Assembly: GCA_951406725.2 (NCBI GenBank)
Contig: OX597837.1
Coordinates: 19,158,001 to 19,222,000, forward strand
Length of the DNA: 64,000 bases
From: Octopus vulgaris
Lineage: Eukaryota
Direction: 5' to 3'
Positions within the stretch are counted from its first letter, which is position 1. Each line of letters opens with the position of its first letter. Below, piece after piece: positions 61,942-64,000 of this stretch. Under the pieces are notes generated by a model. That model was not told where the DNA came from and ran no database searches. It saw only the letters and a program-made list of their open reading frames with translations. The translations under genes and the position numbers were made by a program.

Positions 61942-62329
61942 AGCATGTCTCATGCGGCCTGCTTCTCTATAGAGGTAGCCTATGCTCATAGAAAGAGATG
62001 GTCACATTCGGAATGCTTATTCCATAAGGACTTGACGTAACCATCCCATTTTTTCCCAAGGTGAAAAATCACATTATCTAACGACGTTACTTTTGTTGCT
62101 TTTGTAATGACGGTTGGATGTTATTTGAGGGCGATTTGGCTGTTATTTCTAGCAGCTCGAACCGGGAAGTGTCTTGTGGACAGTTGGGGGTTGTTTAGGC
62201 ATACATCAACCTTGACCGAGAGGATTTTTGATCAAAGACAATCCAATCCATCCTTGACCATCTTATGTTTCTCTTGCTCCGGCTGTCATGTATCTAGTAA
62301 ATACTCAATTATCCAGCCAACCATGAGAG

Positions 62330-62423
62330 CCACCACTACCACCACCACCACCACCACCACCACCACCACCACCACCACCACCATCACCATTACCACCACC
62401 ACCACCACCACCACCGTCACCAC

Positions 62424-62454
<31 letters not shown>

Positions 62455-62695
62455 TCCACCACCACCACCACCACCACCACCACCACTAGAATCATCGCCA
62501 CCACCACCACCACCACCACTACTAGAATCATCGCCACCACCGCCACCACCATTACTACCACCACGATTACCATCCACGCCACTATTACACCAATAAAACT
62601 ATCACACCATCAAAACAACTTTCACAACTACCATCACCAGCATCACCACCGCCACGGCCGCAACCACACCCACCACCACCACCACCACAACCATT
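62330..62695. repeat. (CCA/CCG)n microsatellite
   Basis: Directly visible. Confidence 0.92.
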
Positions 62696-63239
62696 AGATT
62701 AGTCATTAACTTTGATGAATATTTCCCTCCTTCCCCTGCCCTCCCCTCCACCTCCCACACCAAAAAGACCAACATGTCAACAACAACCAGTTGGAATTAT
62801 GAAAGGAAAATTAAAATATCAAGAACGGGAGAGGGGGAGGGATGGGGGACAATGTGGCGGTGCGGTGGTAGTAGGGATGTTTGTTGCGGTGGTAGTAGTG
62901 GTGGTCGTGGTTATAATAATGTTTGTTGTGGTAGCGGCGTAATGGTAGCGGTGGTAGTATATATGCTGGTACAATAATTGCAATTGTGAGTATGCTAGTG
63001 TTATTGTTGTAGTAGGAAATGTTGTTGTGGCGCTAGTGGTAGCGTGTATGGTGGGTGGTTGTGGTTTGTGAGCATGGTGACAGCTGGAGTGGTAGCGATG
63101 GCTGCTGTCGCCGTAGTGGTGGTCTTTATGGTGTTGCTGTGGTTGTTGCTGGTGGTTTTACTAATGATTATTATGGTGGTGGTGGTGGTAGCAGTGTCGG
63201 TGGTGGTCGTTGTTGTAGTTGTGGAAGATTGCGCTAGAA

Positions 63240-63965
63240 ATGTGTGTATGTATGTATGTATGTATGTATGTATGTATGTGTGTGCATGTATGTATGTATG
63301 TATGTATGTATGTATGTATGTGTGTGCATGTATGTATGTATGTATGTATGTATGTATGTATGCATGTATGTATGTATGTATGTATGTATGTATGTATGTA
63401 TGTATGTATGTATGTATGTATGTATGTATGTATGTGTGTGCATGTATGTATGTATGTATGTATGTATGTATGTATGTATGTATGTATGTATGTATGTATG
63501 TATGTATGCATGTATGTATGTATGTGTGTGCATGTATGTATGTATGTATGTATGTATGTATGTATGCATGTATGTATGTATGTATGTATGTATGCATGTA
63601 TGTATGTATGTATGTATGTATGTATGTATGTATGTATGTATGTATGTATGTGTGTGTATGTATGTATGTATGTATGCATGTATGTATGTATGTATGCATG
63701 TATGTATGTATGTGTGTGTGTATGTATGTATGTATGCATGTATGTATATATGCATGTATGTATGTATGTATGTATGTATGTATGTATGTATGCATGTATG
63801 TATGTATGTATGTATGAATGTATGTATGTATGTATGTATGTGTGTGTGTGTGTGCGTGCATGCATGCATGCATGTATGTATGTATGTATGTATATATGAA
63901 TGTATGTATGTATGTATATATGTGTGTGTGCATGTGTCCATGTATGTGTGTATGTGTGCGTATAT
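63240..63965. repeat. (TATG)n array with TGTGCATG interruptions
   Basis: Directly visible. Confidence 0.95.
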
Positions 63966-64000
63966 GTAGGTGTGTGGTGGGAGAGAGTAGTGGGAAGAGG

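Overview
AT-rich, microsatellite-saturated eukaryotic DNA. The repeat families (tRNA-derived CORE- and Nin/Deu-type SINEs, mariner/maT/hAT, RTE, Penelope-like and Helitron remnants) point to an octopus genome; this is an inference from repeat content. No intact host gene is visible, and nearly all long ORFs in the track are translated microsatellites. Recognisable parts include a complete but dead hAT/Buster transposon (5135-8772, 8-bp TSD) nested in the GIY-YIG end of a Penelope-like element, three mariner remnants, a maT remnant, a CR1-like LINE, three RTE remnants (one 5'-inverted), four Helitron-like elements and about 30 SINEs. The most striking unannotated signal is a set of sequence-unrelated type I hammerhead ribozymes (11558-11651 +, 11802-11864 -, 44371-44444 +, 53266-53354 -) with palindromic or near-palindromic helix III and extended helix II. 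Three of them lie in ~120-bp inverted repeats, in two cases with the second arm starting inside helix II. There are also several half or decayed copies, and a separate repeat group carrying the two hammerhead core boxes in reversed order. All pairings were done by eye; coordinates of decayed elements are approximate.
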